Positions 10,248 through 19,726 of a stretch of DNA of 30,487 bases are shown here, one piece after another. The first letter of the stretch is position 1. Each line of letters opens with the position of its first letter. A program made the position numbers and the translations under genes. Where the stretch lies: the NCBI GenBank assembly GCA_016839515.1, contig JAEOUE010000129.1:1-30487 (forward strand), read 5' to 3'. Source of the stretch: Candidatus Hodarchaeum mangrovi. GTDB lineage: Archaea; Asgardarchaeota; Heimdallarchaeia; Hodarchaeales; Hodarchaeaceae. The notes beneath the pieces are model-generated. The model was not told the origin of the DNA. It did not search any database and saw only the letters and a list, made by a program, of their open reading frames with translations.

Positions 10248-11669
10248 ATGGATGGAAAAGAATCAACTGAATACGTTATTGATCTAGCACAACAAATGGG
10301 AGCTTCGTTTGCTGAAGCTCGTTTTGAGAAGTCACTGAATAACCAATTTATTTTAAAAAATGGTGTTCCAGAAATAGGAGGATTTGGGAGATCATTTGGT
10401 ACAGGGATCCGGGTCCTTGTCGATGGAGCAATGGGTTTTGCATCATTCAATAGTTTTGAGAGAAAAACCATTGATGATGCGGTAAAAGAAGCAATAAAAT
10501 TAGCTCGGGCTAGTGCAAGATTAAGAAAATATCCAATAACTTTTTCAGAGGAAAAAGCACATCAAGCGAAATATTCCGCAGAGGTTAAGGAATCTCCAGC
10601 TGATAAAAGTCCTGAAGAAAAAATGGCAACACTCTTTGAAATCGATAAAAACCTATCTACACTACCCATACCATTTAGAATAGTATTTTTGATAGATGGA
10701 GAACTAACTAGCTATTATGTTAATTCTGATGGAGCTAAAATAGAAGCGTATCAAGCACGAATGAACTTTTTTTCTTTGTTAACTGCAGTTGATCAAAGTA
10801 AAGGTGCTATGGAGCAAGCATATTATTCAAAGGGAGCAACAGGGGGATATGAATGGATTAAAAAATGGGATTTAATTAATTTTTTAAAGAATGAGGCTGA
10901 AGTTCTGTCTAAAGTAGCTTCCTCTGCTATAGAACCACCAAAGGGAATTGTTGACTTTGTTGTGGGACCTAATGTAGCTGGAGTAATAGCACACGAGAAC
11001 TGTGGGCATCCATCTGAAGCTGATCGAATTTTAGGTCGTGAAGCAGCTCAAGCAGGAGAATCATATCTGAATGTAGAAAAATTAGGTGAGAGAATTGGTT
11101 CTGATTACGTTACTGTTATTGATGATCCAACGATTTCTGGTTCATATGGTTGGTATCTTTATGATGCGGAAGGTATCCCAGCAAGGCCTCGATACTTAAT
11201 AAAAAATGGAATCTTTAATGAAATGCTTCATAATAGAGAATCTGCTGGGTATTTAGGAACTCATTCAACAGGTGCTGCAAGGTCATCAGGCTATAATCGT
11301 GAACCTATTCCACGGATGGCAAATACATATATTGCCAATGGAGATTATGAGTTTGATGAGATCCTGGAAGGTATTCAATTGGGGATCTATATGAAGAATT
11401 TCACAGAATGGAATATAGATGATCTGAGATATCAGAGTAAATATGTAGGGCGTGAGGCGTATCTCATTAATGATGGAGAACTCACAAATCAGTTGATTCG
11501 ACGTCCTGTCCTCGAAACAACTACACCCGACCTTTTTAATGCAATTGATGCTGCTACTAAAGAATTAGAATTTGATGCTGCCACTTGCGGAAAAGGAGAT
11601 CCGATGCAAGGTGCTCCAGTTTGGCATGGAGGAGCTACAGCTACTCGTATTCGCAATATCAGACTTTAG
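10248..11669 (+). CDS. tldD: TldD metalloprotease, catalytic subunit (copy 1)
   Basis: GIRVLVDGAMGFAS, zinc motif HENCGH, DDPT...YDAEG, PIPRMANT and C-terminal CGK. Confidence 0.92.
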   Translation: MDGKESTEYVIDLAQQMGASFAEARFEKSLNNQFILKNGVPEIGGFGRSFGTGIRVLVDGAMGFASFNSFERKTIDDAVKEAIKLARASARLRKYPITFSEEKAHQAKYSAEVKESPADKSPEEKMATLFEIDKNLSTLPIPFRIVFLIDGELTSYYVNSDGAKIEAYQARMNFFSLLTAVDQSKGAMEQAYYSKGATGGYEWIKKWDLINFLKNEAEVLSKVASSAIEPPKGIVDFVVGPNVAGVIAHENCGHPSEADRILGREAAQAGESYLNVEKLGERIGSDYVTVIDDPTISGSYGWYLYDAEGIPARPRYLIKNGIFNEMLHNRESAGYLGTHSTGAARSSGYNREPIPRMANTYIANGDYEFDEILEGIQLGIYMKNFTEWNIDDLRYQSKYVGREAYLINDGELTNQLIRRPVLETTTPDLFNAIDAATKELEFDAATCGKGDPMQGAPVWHGGATATRIRNIRL

Positions 11670-11678
11670 GTGAAAAAA

Positions 11679-13037
11679 ATGGCTTTAAGAGAAAATAATT
11701 CCCTTCATACAATTGTTGAAAAAACTTTAGTTTTTCTTGAAAAAACAAATCCTGAAGATCTTTTGGTCTATGGTGGGGATGCAGTGAATTTTCAACTTCG
11801 TTTCTCCAGAAATAATATAATTGTTAGCAAAAGATGGGCTAATCTTGGGCTCAGTGTTTATTATGTTAAGGACAAAAAGATCGCGATTACCTTTTTATCA
11901 GATATTTCTTCGTTAGATGCAGTTTATAAAGCATTGAATGAATTGATTGCGTTTGGTAAAGCATTACCTCCTAAACAAGACCATGGTGGTATTGCTGAAG
12001 GCCCATTTTCTTATAATCCTGTTCCAAGTATCTGTGATACAAAAATGAAAGATTTTTCAGATATAGCTATTGATAAAGTTGAAGGTGGGTTAAATGCAGC
12101 AATTGAGGTGGGAGCAAAACATTCCGCAGGTGTCCTTCAATGGGGTTATGAGTCAGGGTATGTTCTCTCAAACCATGGGGTTGAATTGAAAGATATCACC
12201 TCAAAATTTGAATTCTTAATTCGATCGTTTGTATCTCCAACCGAATCTGGCCAAGGATTATCTGTAGGTAGAATGTTGAATTCATTAAATACAGAGCAGG
12301 CGGGAAAAACTGCTGGGGAAATTGCTAAAATGGCGATTGGAGGAAAACCTGCCCAAGCAGGAGTTTATAATGCACTATTTTCTCCAACTGTAGTAGCTGA
12401 TATAGTTGCACAAACTGTTCGTAATGCAAATCCATTTTCAATCGAGATTGGTCAATCTTGGCTACGTGATAAAATAGGTGAAAAATTATCAAACGATAAT
12501 TTTACTGCATTTGATGATGCAACAATCCCAGATGGTTTAAGGAGTCGTAAAGCTGATGATGAAGGAGCTCCAACTCAAAAAACAGTAATTTTTGAAAATG
12601 GTGTTTTAAAAAATCTGATTCACAATACTACAACTGCAAAAAAGGTGGGGACCACGACGACTTCAAATGCGGGGTTAGTGAATCCACAAAATAGTAACGT
12701 AGTTATTTCTCCTGGTACGTATTCCTTTGAGGAATTAGTACAAGAATGTAAAGAACCAACTATTTATGTGACATCGAATTGGTACACCCGTACAACCAAT
12801 GCGGCTGAGGGTGTTTTTAGTACAATACCTAGGGATGGGATGTTTTTAATTGAAAATGGAGAGATAAAAAAGCCATTACGTGAGCTCAGGATTTCAGATA
12901 CTTTCCCCAATCTAATGAAAAATATAATTGCGATTCAAAATAAAAATCGACAAATCAAATGGTGGGAAGTAAATGTTCCTACATTTGCTCCAGCTATGCT
13001 AATTGAAAAAGTAAATTTCACAACTGGTACTAAATAA
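11679..13037 (+). CDS. pmbA: TldE/PmbA partner subunit (copy 1)
   Basis: Follows tldD and lacks HExxxH. Carries DDEGAPTQ, G..LIENGEI..P and FAPAM. Start is set at ATG 11679 because AGGTGA overlaps the tldD stop; the track uses GTG 11670. Confidence 0.88.
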   Translation: MALRENNSLHTIVEKTLVFLEKTNPEDLLVYGGDAVNFQLRFSRNNIIVSKRWANLGLSVYYVKDKKIAITFLSDISSLDAVYKALNELIAFGKALPPKQDHGGIAEGPFSYNPVPSICDTKMKDFSDIAIDKVEGGLNAAIEVGAKHSAGVLQWGYESGYVLSNHGVELKDITSKFEFLIRSFVSPTESGQGLSVGRMLNSLNTEQAGKTAGEIAKMAIGGKPAQAGVYNALFSPTVVADIVAQTVRNANPFSIEIGQSWLRDKIGEKLSNDNFTAFDDATIPDGLRSRKADDEGAPTQKTVIFENGVLKNLIHNTTTAKKVGTTTTSNAGLVNPQNSNVVISPGTYSFEELVQECKEPTIYVTSNWYTRTTNAAEGVFSTIPRDGMFLIENGEIKKPLRELRISDTFPNLMKNIIAIQNKNRQIKWWEVNVPTFAPAMLIEKVNFTTGTK

Positions 13038-13046
13038 GGTGAGATA

Positions 13047-13385
13047 ATGAACAAGCAACTGTTTGTATTATTTACTAATAATAAAGGGATTTTTAAACAT
13101 ATTTTATTGAATGTGTTTGATTTAGCCGAGAAAGGATATGATGTGGGGTTGATATTTGAAAGCGAAGCATGTAAACTGATTTTAGAGTTTGAAGAAAAAC
13201 AATATGAAAAATTTGAGCGGTTGAAAAGTCAAAATCTAGTTTTTGCTGTATGCGAGGTCTGTGCTAAGAGTATGAATGCTCTTGAGTCCGCTAAACGACA
13301 AGGTTTGCCCTTAGATGGACGGATGTTTGGTCATCCCCCCTTAGAAGAATGGTTCAAAACAGGGTATCACATTATGCTCATCTAA
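13047..13385 (+). CDS. DsrE/DsrF-like protein
   Basis: 112 aa with V.LIFESEA and AVCEVCA motifs. GGTGAG RBS in the 9-nt gap after pmbA. Confidence 0.7.
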   Translation: MNKQLFVLFTNNKGIFKHILLNVFDLAEKGYDVGLIFESEACKLILEFEEKQYEKFERLKSQNLVFAVCEVCAKSMNALESAKRQGLPLDGRMFGHPPLEEWFKTGYHIMLI

Positions 13386-14494
13386 TGATTGTCATTCCCA
13401 TTATTTCCAATAATTTCTCTCATTTTTTTTCCAATAGATTCATGCAAATTGGTTGAGAATTTAATAAAGATACCATAATAATAAATATTACTTTCAAAGA
13501 ATTTTCGCAATCTAGTTGCTTCTTTCTTGTCTTTTTCAGTTAATTGTTTGATCTTTTCTAAATCAGGGATAAATTTTTGTTCCATCATCCTTTGAATTTG
13601 GCTATAATATCCTTGAACTCGACTAAGTTTCCCCGTTCCGTAATCTTCGATTCGTGATGCACTCTTATAATATTTTTTTCGATCTCCTTCTTTTCTTATT
13701 ACTTGGAGAACTTTAAGTTCTTCCATCATTGTTAATGTTTGTGATACTTGGGTACGATTCACTTTAGTAACTTTTATGATTTTATCTTGAGTTACTGGTT
13801 CAGCTTCTAGAAATAATGCTAGAAAAACTTTAATAGAATCCTCATTTCCTACAATGAGGTCTTGAGCAGTTTCTACCATCTTCTGGATAAAACCTTGTTT
13901 AATATTAAGGATTGTTTCATCTTTGTTAATAAGAACAGGCTCAATTAATGGAGGCTTAATATTATCTAAAACTGCTAAGAAATCAATTGATATCTGTGGG
14001 TCATCCAATAACTTGTCTAGATAATCACCTGCTGCTTTCATCATATATCTATAATAGAAAATTGCGGTTTGTAGATACGATAATACACTCTCAATATGAA
14101 TGATGTCAGGTGTTTTAGGAGACAAAGATTTTATTCGGGAAATAAATTCAGAGAGGTTTATATCCGTTGCTTCAGTGAAAGATAGGAAACTTTGTTTAAG
14201 ATATAATTCTAAAGAGAGAGGACAGTAATAGTATTTCTTTCTTGAGATTGGTTTCTTTGTTTGAAGAATGGGAGTTTCGTCATATATATTTGAAATACGT
14301 GTAACAGCTTTAATTATTGTTGGTTTTGTAAATCCTGTTAAAGTCTCCAACTCATCTACTGTCAAATAATTTTCTAACATTAAGGAAAATAAGATTCCAA
14401 TTGTGGTTTCATCATAGGCCATTAGCTTATAAATCTGCATCATGAACTGCACATAATCTATTTTCAATTGAATGAATGGATCTAATTCAACCAT
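13382..14494 (-). CDS. Transcriptional regulator with two tandem GbsR/MarR-like winged-HTH domains
   Basis: Two repeats: LTVDELETLTGFTKPTI...RKKYY and VTQDKIIKVTKVNRTQVSQTL...GDRKKYY. ATG 14494 is preferred over the track start at 14524. Confidence 0.75.
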   Translation of the reverse strand: MVELDPFIQLKIDYVQFMMQIYKLMAYDETTIGILFSLMLENYLTVDELETLTGFTKPTIIKAVTRISNIYDETPILQTKKPISRKKYYYCPLSLELYLKQSFLSFTEATDINLSEFISRIKSLSPKTPDIIHIESVLSYLQTAIFYYRYMMKAAGDYLDKLLDDPQISIDFLAVLDNIKPPLIEPVLINKDETILNIKQGFIQKMVETAQDLIVGNEDSIKVFLALFLEAEPVTQDKIIKVTKVNRTQVSQTLTMMEELKVLQVIRKEGDRKKYYKSASRIEDYGTGKLSRVQGYYSQIQRMMEQKFIPDLEKIKQLTEKDKKEATRLRKFFESNIYYYGIFIKFSTNLHESIGKKMREIIGNNGNDNH

Positions 14495-14587
14495 TTTGAT
14501 GTTCCCTTTTGATTTGAAGAGCAAAGGTAATATTAAAAACTTTTTGTATTTTTTTATTTTTTTGTAGTTTTTGTCATTTTCAACAAG

Positions 14588-14638
14588 TTTTTATAGTTAA
14601 TAAAAATAATTTCATATAGTTTGCAACAATTACGCAAA
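14588..14638 (+). promoter_or_regulatory. Putative TATA box and downstream palindrome for the ABC operon
   Basis: TTTTTATA near 14588-14595, then TTTGC-N9-GCAAA at 14620-14638, in the divergent regulator/ABC gap. Confidence 0.3.
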
Positions 14639-14666
14639 AACCGAAATTGATCGGAGAAACGAAAAA

Positions 14667-15605
14667 ATGTCAACGGATTCGATTCTTCAAGTTTCTAACC
14701 TCACTAAAATCTATGGGCGTGAGTTAGTGCTTGGAGGTAGAAAGTTATTAGGTGATCAAGTAACTGGAGCGCAAGATGTGAGTTTCACTGTAGTTAAGGG
14801 AGAAATTTTTGGATTTCTAGGGCCAAATGGAGCTGGAAAAACTACTACAATGCGAGCTATACTTGATTATCTGAAAATAAAAAGCGGAAAAGTCACAATC
14901 TTTGGTCTTGATCACCGAAAAGATCGGATCGAGATTCGTAATAGACTCGGATATGTTCCTGGTGATATGGCGTTATTTAAGAATTTTACTGGTGAAGAAC
15001 TGATTGAATATTTCAGTAAATTCCGGCCTGTAAACAAAGAATTTTTTGCTGAGTTAAAGAAAAATTTTCGTGTAAATTTACATAAGAAAATTAGAAACCT
15101 TTCTACTGGTAATCGTAGACAAGTTGGTCTTATTGCAGCATTAGCTTCGAAACCAGATCTTTTAATCTTAGATGAACCTACAGGAGGATTAGATCCTCTA
15201 ATGACGGCAAATTTTCACAGAATCATCAAAAAATTAAGTCGTGAAGAAAAAATCACGATTTTTTTAAGTTCCCACGATTTAGCGGAGGTTCAACAAGTCT
15301 GTGATCGTGTCGGTATTATTAAAGAAGGTAAAATGATCCTAGTAGAGAAGGTTGAGGATTTGAAAACAAAATTATTACAGAAGTGTATTGTACAATTTGA
15401 AAATGGTAATAATTTACCAACTATTGATGAATTTAAAGCAATAAATTCTGTTATCTCAGTTGAACAAATAAATGGAAATAGTTTTTCATTAAAGATTCAG
15501 GAAGATGTGAAAGATTTATTAAAATTGCTGACACAATATCCAGTAAAACGGCTTCGACTTGAAGATGCTACACTCGAAGAGATATTTCTTCAATTTTATG
15601 CTTAG
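14667..15605 (+). CDS. ABC-2 type exporter ATP-binding protein
   Basis: Walker A GPNGAGKTT, signature LSTGN, Walker B ILDEPT and H-loop SSH. Confidence 0.93.
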   Translation: MSTDSILQVSNLTKIYGRELVLGGRKLLGDQVTGAQDVSFTVVKGEIFGFLGPNGAGKTTTMRAILDYLKIKSGKVTIFGLDHRKDRIEIRNRLGYVPGDMALFKNFTGEELIEYFSKFRPVNKEFFAELKKNFRVNLHKKIRNLSTGNRRQVGLIAALASKPDLLILDEPTGGLDPLMTANFHRIIKKLSREEKITIFLSSHDLAEVQQVCDRVGIIKEGKMILVEKVEDLKTKLLQKCIVQFENGNNLPTIDEFKAINSVISVEQINGNSFSLKIQEDVKDLLKLLTQYPVKRLRLEDATLEEIFLQFYA

Positions 15606-15617
15606 AGGTGACGATTA

Positions 15618-16415
15618 ATGGTACACATATACTTAAAAAATCTTAAAAAATCTTATCTTATGGGATTAATCCCCCCTCTCTTTGTAGCTGGTTTTGTTAT
15701 TACAATTGCTATGAGTTGGCCCTCATTGCAGGATTTAATTCTTGATAGACTTGCAGAAATGGATAATCCAATCTACAAAGCTATTATTGGAGATATGGGT
15801 CTTGAAGGATTAGGATTGAATTTTCAAGCAGCCTTATTTATGTATGCTGGAGGTACAATGAATTTAATTGGCTTATTTGTTTCTATTTTTGTTCCTGTTA
15901 AACTCTTAAGTTCGGAAGCTGATGAGAAAAGTTTAGACATAGTATTAAGCTATCCCATTCCCCGATGGAGGTATCTTTTAGAAAAATTCGGTGTTTATCT
16001 AACCTATAACCTTTTATTTCCACTATTCATGGTTTCTTCAATGATTGGTACAGCTGTAATATTAGGAGAAACCTATGATGCAGTTTTAATTATTAATTAT
16101 GCGTTCGGATACTGGTTATTACTATTCGGATTAGGAAGTATTGCATTACTTTGTGTAACAGTTTTTCTTGATTCTAATCGATCTCTAGCAGCAGCTGGAG
16201 CAGTCATTATAGGCAGCTATTTCTTAGACAGTATGGGAGGATTACTTGGATTGTCCGACCTTCAATTCTTATCTCTTTTCAATCACTTTAAAATTCCAGG
16301 GATTCTAGAAGCTGGAATGCTTCCTTTGGTTGAAGTGGTTATTGTCGTCGCAGTTGGATTCGTTTTTTTAATCAGTGCATTATATCTCTTTGATAAGAGA
16401 GAAATCTCTTATTAA
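15618..16415 (+). CDS. ABC-2 type exporter permease
   Basis: About six hydrophobic segments, E...SLDIVLSYPIPR...LLEK motif and an AGGTGA RBS. Confidence 0.88.
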   Translation: MVHIYLKNLKKSYLMGLIPPLFVAGFVITIAMSWPSLQDLILDRLAEMDNPIYKAIIGDMGLEGLGLNFQAALFMYAGGTMNLIGLFVSIFVPVKLLSSEADEKSLDIVLSYPIPRWRYLLEKFGVYLTYNLLFPLFMVSSMIGTAVILGETYDAVLIINYAFGYWLLLFGLGSIALLCVTVFLDSNRSLAAAGAVIIGSYFLDSMGGLLGLSDLQFLSLFNHFKIPGILEAGMLPLVEVVIVVAVGFVFLISALYLFDKREISY

Positions 16416-16417
16416 AA

Positions 16418-16441
16418 TTCTTCTCCCCCCCCTTTTTTTTT
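16418..16441 (+). terminator. Pyrimidine/oligo-T terminator
   Basis: TTCTTCT-C8-T9 immediately after the permease stop, between convergent units. Confidence 0.55.
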
Positions 16442-16483
16442 ATATAGAATTTGTATAATGATTGAAGAATCTAAATTCATTAT

Positions 16484-16627
16484 TCATTCCATATCTAAAT
16501 CATAGTCGTCTAATTCTTCATATTCCAGGAAACCGAGTTTATTCATCTTCCTACTTTGCTTCTTTTTTTCATAATAACGTTTTTCTTCTTTAATTATTCG
16601 TCTTACTCCTTTTCCTTTTCTAGGCAT
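16484..16627 (-). CDS. Small protein, 47 aa, basic N-terminus and acidic C-terminus (not in ORF track)
   Basis: Hand translation gives MPRKGKGVRRIIKEEKRYYEKKKQSRKMNKLGFLEYEELDDYDLDME-TGA. GAGAGG RBS lies 7 nt before the ATG, and the start is 20 nt after the rSAM stop. Confidence 0.7.
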   Translation of the reverse strand: MPRKGKGVRRIIKEEKRYYEKKKQSRKMNKLGFLEYEELDDYDLDME

Positions 16628-16647
16628 TACTCATCCTCTCAAATGTA

Positions 16648-17718
16648 TTATTTATTACCATCAATACATTTTTGACACATTGGATCACAACCAAACATGT
16701 CATTATTATAATAATGAGCATTTGATCGGCATCCAAAGCAAATATCATTATTGGAACAATTTGAACAAGCACCTGGTAAATTCGATGGGTCACGTAATTT
16801 CATCATCAAAATATCCCCAGGATTTTGTGCTAACAGTTGAATTAAATTAATAGTTTTATAATTACCAAATTCTTGTGTTCTTATAACACTACATGGTGTA
16901 TAATATCCATCATTAGTGATACAGATCATACTACCACAATAAAATTTCGAAACATCCATTGTTGAGAAAGAGAGATTATCATTATAAAGAATTTCATCCC
17001 GTCCCTTGTAGGCTTTTTGAATGAGCTCATTTGAGGGTACTAAATTTCTCGGATCAGAGCTTGCGACAGGATTGTAGAGAGTTAAGACTGTACGGATACC
17101 TTTTTCTTTCCAAAACCACTCCATTGTCTTGTAAACGTCAGTTGATGCAACGGGTTGTGTCAAAGTAATACAATTCCACAGTTCATCTGATGATTTTCCT
17201 AAAGAAATTAAATTCTCTAATCCAGTAAGAATTGCTTCAATGTTTTCTTTTACTTGATACCGATGTAACCTCTGATAAACCTCTGTATCTAATGAGTCAA
17301 GATGAATAGAGATAAAACCTCCATTCTGGGTCACTTCAATGGCTTTTTTAGCCGTTTTAATGTCTTTTAAGGGAATACCAGAAGACCAAATATTGTTGAT
17401 TAAGCCTAAATTCTGGGCATAGTGCATTAAGTCGTCCCAATCTACTCTAACTAAAGGATCACCGCCTAACCAATCAATGCATCGAACTTTTATTTGTTCA
17501 GCATCTTGTAAAATTTTTTTAATGTCTTTGGTTGGAAGAAGTTCTGGACTTTCTGGAGTCGATCGAGCATAGCAATAAGAACATCCTTGGGAGCATTTTA
17601 AAGTTGATTCTATTTGAAGAGTATAGATAAGTCCTTTTTCGAAGTATTCTTTCTGAATTTTTGCCTCACTTGCCATCCCTCCATGTAAAAAGGCCGAATT
17701 AGGTTCATCACCCAGCAT
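16648..17718 (-). CDS. Radical SAM protein with SPASM domain
   Basis: CSQGCSYC, LGGDPL and a Cys-rich C-terminus (YCG..IC...DG..TPC; CSNCSNNDICFGCR; CDPMC). GGTGA RBS. Confidence 0.92.
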   Translation of the reverse strand: MLGDEPNSAFLHGGMASEAKIQKEYFEKGLIYTLQIESTLKCSQGCSYCYARSTPESPELLPTKDIKKILQDAEQIKVRCIDWLGGDPLVRVDWDDLMHYAQNLGLINNIWSSGIPLKDIKTAKKAIEVTQNGGFISIHLDSLDTEVYQRLHRYQVKENIEAILTGLENLISLGKSSDELWNCITLTQPVASTDVYKTMEWFWKEKGIRTVLTLYNPVASSDPRNLVPSNELIQKAYKGRDEILYNDNLSFSTMDVSKFYCGSMICITNDGYYTPCSVIRTQEFGNYKTINLIQLLAQNPGDILMMKLRDPSNLPGACSNCSNNDICFGCRSNAHYYNNDMFGCDPMCQKCIDGNK

Positions 17719-17728
17719 TTTTTCACCG

Positions 17729-18526
17729 TTAGAGTTTTTTTGCTATCCAAAGTCCCCGACTTACTTTTCCTTCCTTAGCTGCTTGAGCCCAACCTTTTAC
17801 TCCTGTTCTAGTAATATTATACATTTCTTCTCCAAACATCTTTAATATTGTATCTTTTAAGTCATCAATCTTTTTTAAATAAAACTTCAGATGACTAGCA
17901 AAATCATTTTGTAAATCTTCAGCCTCAATTAGCTTACACCCATTAATCTCTAATAAATTACTATAACCTTGCATTGTCTCAAGATTTGGAAAGATCATAA
18001 ACTCAAATAAGGAATCAGCTTCGCTCTTTGTACTAAAGGAAGTTTTTCCCAAAATCCAATCGGTAAATCCAATTTTTCCCCCTCTTTTACAGACTCGAGC
18101 TACTTCAGAAATTAAACGAGGTTTACTAGTAACATAACACCAAGCATCCTGGCCCCAAACAAAGTCCATTAAATTACTTTTTACAGGAAGATCAAGAGCA
18201 TTTCCTCTTCGATATTCAATCCTATCAGCAAGACCAGCAATAGCTGTTCGTTCTATTGCTTTTTTCAACATTGTACCAGTAATATCTATACCTAATACTT
18301 TCGCTTTATACCTCTTTGCTAAATATCTTGCTGGTCCACCTAAAGCTGAACATACATCCAAAACATAATTGTTCTCTCTAATGCCAAGTTTATCAGCTAG
18401 CCTAATTGTTTCCTTTTCCCCTCCCACATGGATGTGTTCTCCCATTAGAAACTCCCATAAAGTACCAACTGCTCCATCATATGCGTCGGATACATCTTTT
18501 ACTGTGAAATCATAATTATAACTCAT
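17729..18526 (-). CDS. Class I SAM-dependent methyltransferase (sarcosine/dimethylglycine or tocopherol MTase-like)
   Basis: Motifs MGEHIHVG, VLDVCSALGG, GIDIT, GNALDLP, DFVWGQDA and ARVCKRGG..FTD. Confidence 0.88.
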   Translation of the reverse strand: MSYNYDFTVKDVSDAYDGAVGTLWEFLMGEHIHVGGEKETIRLADKLGIRENNYVLDVCSALGGPARYLAKRYKAKVLGIDITGTMLKKAIERTAIAGLADRIEYRRGNALDLPVKSNLMDFVWGQDAWCYVTSKPRLISEVARVCKRGGKIGFTDWILGKTSFSTKSEADSLFEFMIFPNLETMQGYSNLLEINGCKLIEAEDLQNDFASHLKFYLKKIDDLKDTILKMFGEEMYNITRTGVKGWAQAAKEGKVSRGLWIAKKL

Positions 18527-18611
18527 TGACTAGATACTTCCGACTTTTTAACCAAATGTAAGATTATGTTAGTTCAGAATGATAGATTTTTAAAAGCTTC
18601 ATCTTCGAATT

Positions 18612-19112
18612 ATGTTAAGCGTGATAGAAATGCCTCTCATAAACTCAAGAATAAGTAAAAACATGAAGTTAATCGTGCTTTTAAGAAGCATTACAGGAAT
18701 TATCTGGTTTGGGACAGTATTGAGGAGGATTTTATTACCTAACTTCGGAAATTTTGAAGCACGAGTTACTGAGATGTCACAGGGTCTCCCATTAATCCCT
18801 GATATAATAATGCAGATAGCTGTTACAAATTGGTTTTTGGTTTTCTTATTCATAGTCATTATTGAGTTTTTAGCTTCTATTAGTCTGTTAACAGGAACAT
18901 TAGCTCGTGGTGGAGCATTTTTGGCCACATTTATTGGATTTGCAATTGGTATGGCCGGTGTAGGAATCTCTCTGATAGATTTAGTTATTCCATGGTCTGT
19001 GGCTCTTGTTACGCTATTTCTTCTGCTTTTTACACATCCTGGAATTTATTTTGGGGTAGATAGTAAGTTAATAGATAAAAATCTGCCAAATTTATTAAAG
19101 AAATTAATATAG
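18612..19112 (+). CDS. DoxX/DoxD (TQO small subunit-like) membrane protein
   Basis: LRSITG..W, E....SLLTG...R and G.YFGVD, about four TM segments. True start may be 18630 or 18663. Confidence 0.7.
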   Translation: MLSVIEMPLINSRISKNMKLIVLLRSITGIIWFGTVLRRILLPNFGNFEARVTEMSQGLPLIPDIIMQIAVTNWFLVFLFIVIIEFLASISLLTGTLARGGAFLATFIGFAIGMAGVGISLIDLVIPWSVALVTLFLLLFTHPGIYFGVDSKLIDKNLPNLLKKLI

Positions 19113-19195
19113 GAGTATTAGGAACCAGAAAGAAAAGTTTTAAGAGTTTTTTTCGATTTAAAAGAATAAAAATGGATATTGTTTGAGGAATCAAA

Positions 19196-19699
19196 ATGTC
19201 AAGAAAAATAATACATGAAATGCATGAAGAAAAAATCTCTGGAGGATATTTAGTTTTAATTCGTTTTACTCTAGGTATGTCATTTTTTACAACATGGTTA
19301 AGTAACTTAGCGAAAGGAGCATTTTCTCGTTCAGGCTTTATTGATACGGTTAGTTACTTTATTGATCATCCTGATCATGTAATCACTCCCTTTGATTCAG
19401 TAATCAGGAATATTGTCTTTCCCAATGCATCGCTTTTTGGTCTAACTTGGTTTTTTTTAGAACTATTTATTTCTCTCAGCTTAATGTTTGGGATTTTTAC
19501 TCGTTTAGGCTCTCTTATTGGTGCTGGATCAACCATAATTCTTGCACTAGGTGCTTTGGGAGTGGATTGGCCTTGGACATATGGATTATTGTTTATTGGA
19601 TTTATTACATGTGCATTAGTCAGTGCAGGAAAGTGGTACGGAATTGATTTTTGGTTGAAAGAAAAGATACCTCAAAAAGTCATGCTTTTCGTGATTTAA
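19196..19699 (+). CDS. DoxX/DoxD (TQO small subunit-like) membrane protein
   Basis: IRFTLG, ELFISLSLMFGIFTRLG and AGKWYGID. GAGG RBS. Confidence 0.75.
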   Translation: MSRKIIHEMHEEKISGGYLVLIRFTLGMSFFTTWLSNLAKGAFSRSGFIDTVSYFIDHPDHVITPFDSVIRNIVFPNASLFGLTWFFLELFISLSLMFGIFTRLGSLIGAGSTIILALGALGVDWPWTYGLLFIGFITCALVSAGKWYGIDFWLKEKIPQKVMLFVI

Positions 19700-19726
19700 A
19701 CTTCAATGAGATTTTTTTACTTCCTA

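Noticed and set aside
5384-10471. Short ORFs 5384..5596, 7793..7975, 8120..8359 and 10166..10471
   Set aside because: They overlap well-supported genes in another frame or strand and have no recognisable features.
16412-16486. Possible selenocysteine read-through of the 47-aa peptide's TGA
   Set aside because: The extension runs through the low-complexity terminator (KKKGGG), with no redox motif and no recognisable SECIS.
16484-18526. PQQ or mycofactocin biosynthesis cluster
   Set aside because: No PqqB/C/D or MftB/D/E in the window, and the peptide does not resemble PqqA or MftA beyond generic E/Y spacing.
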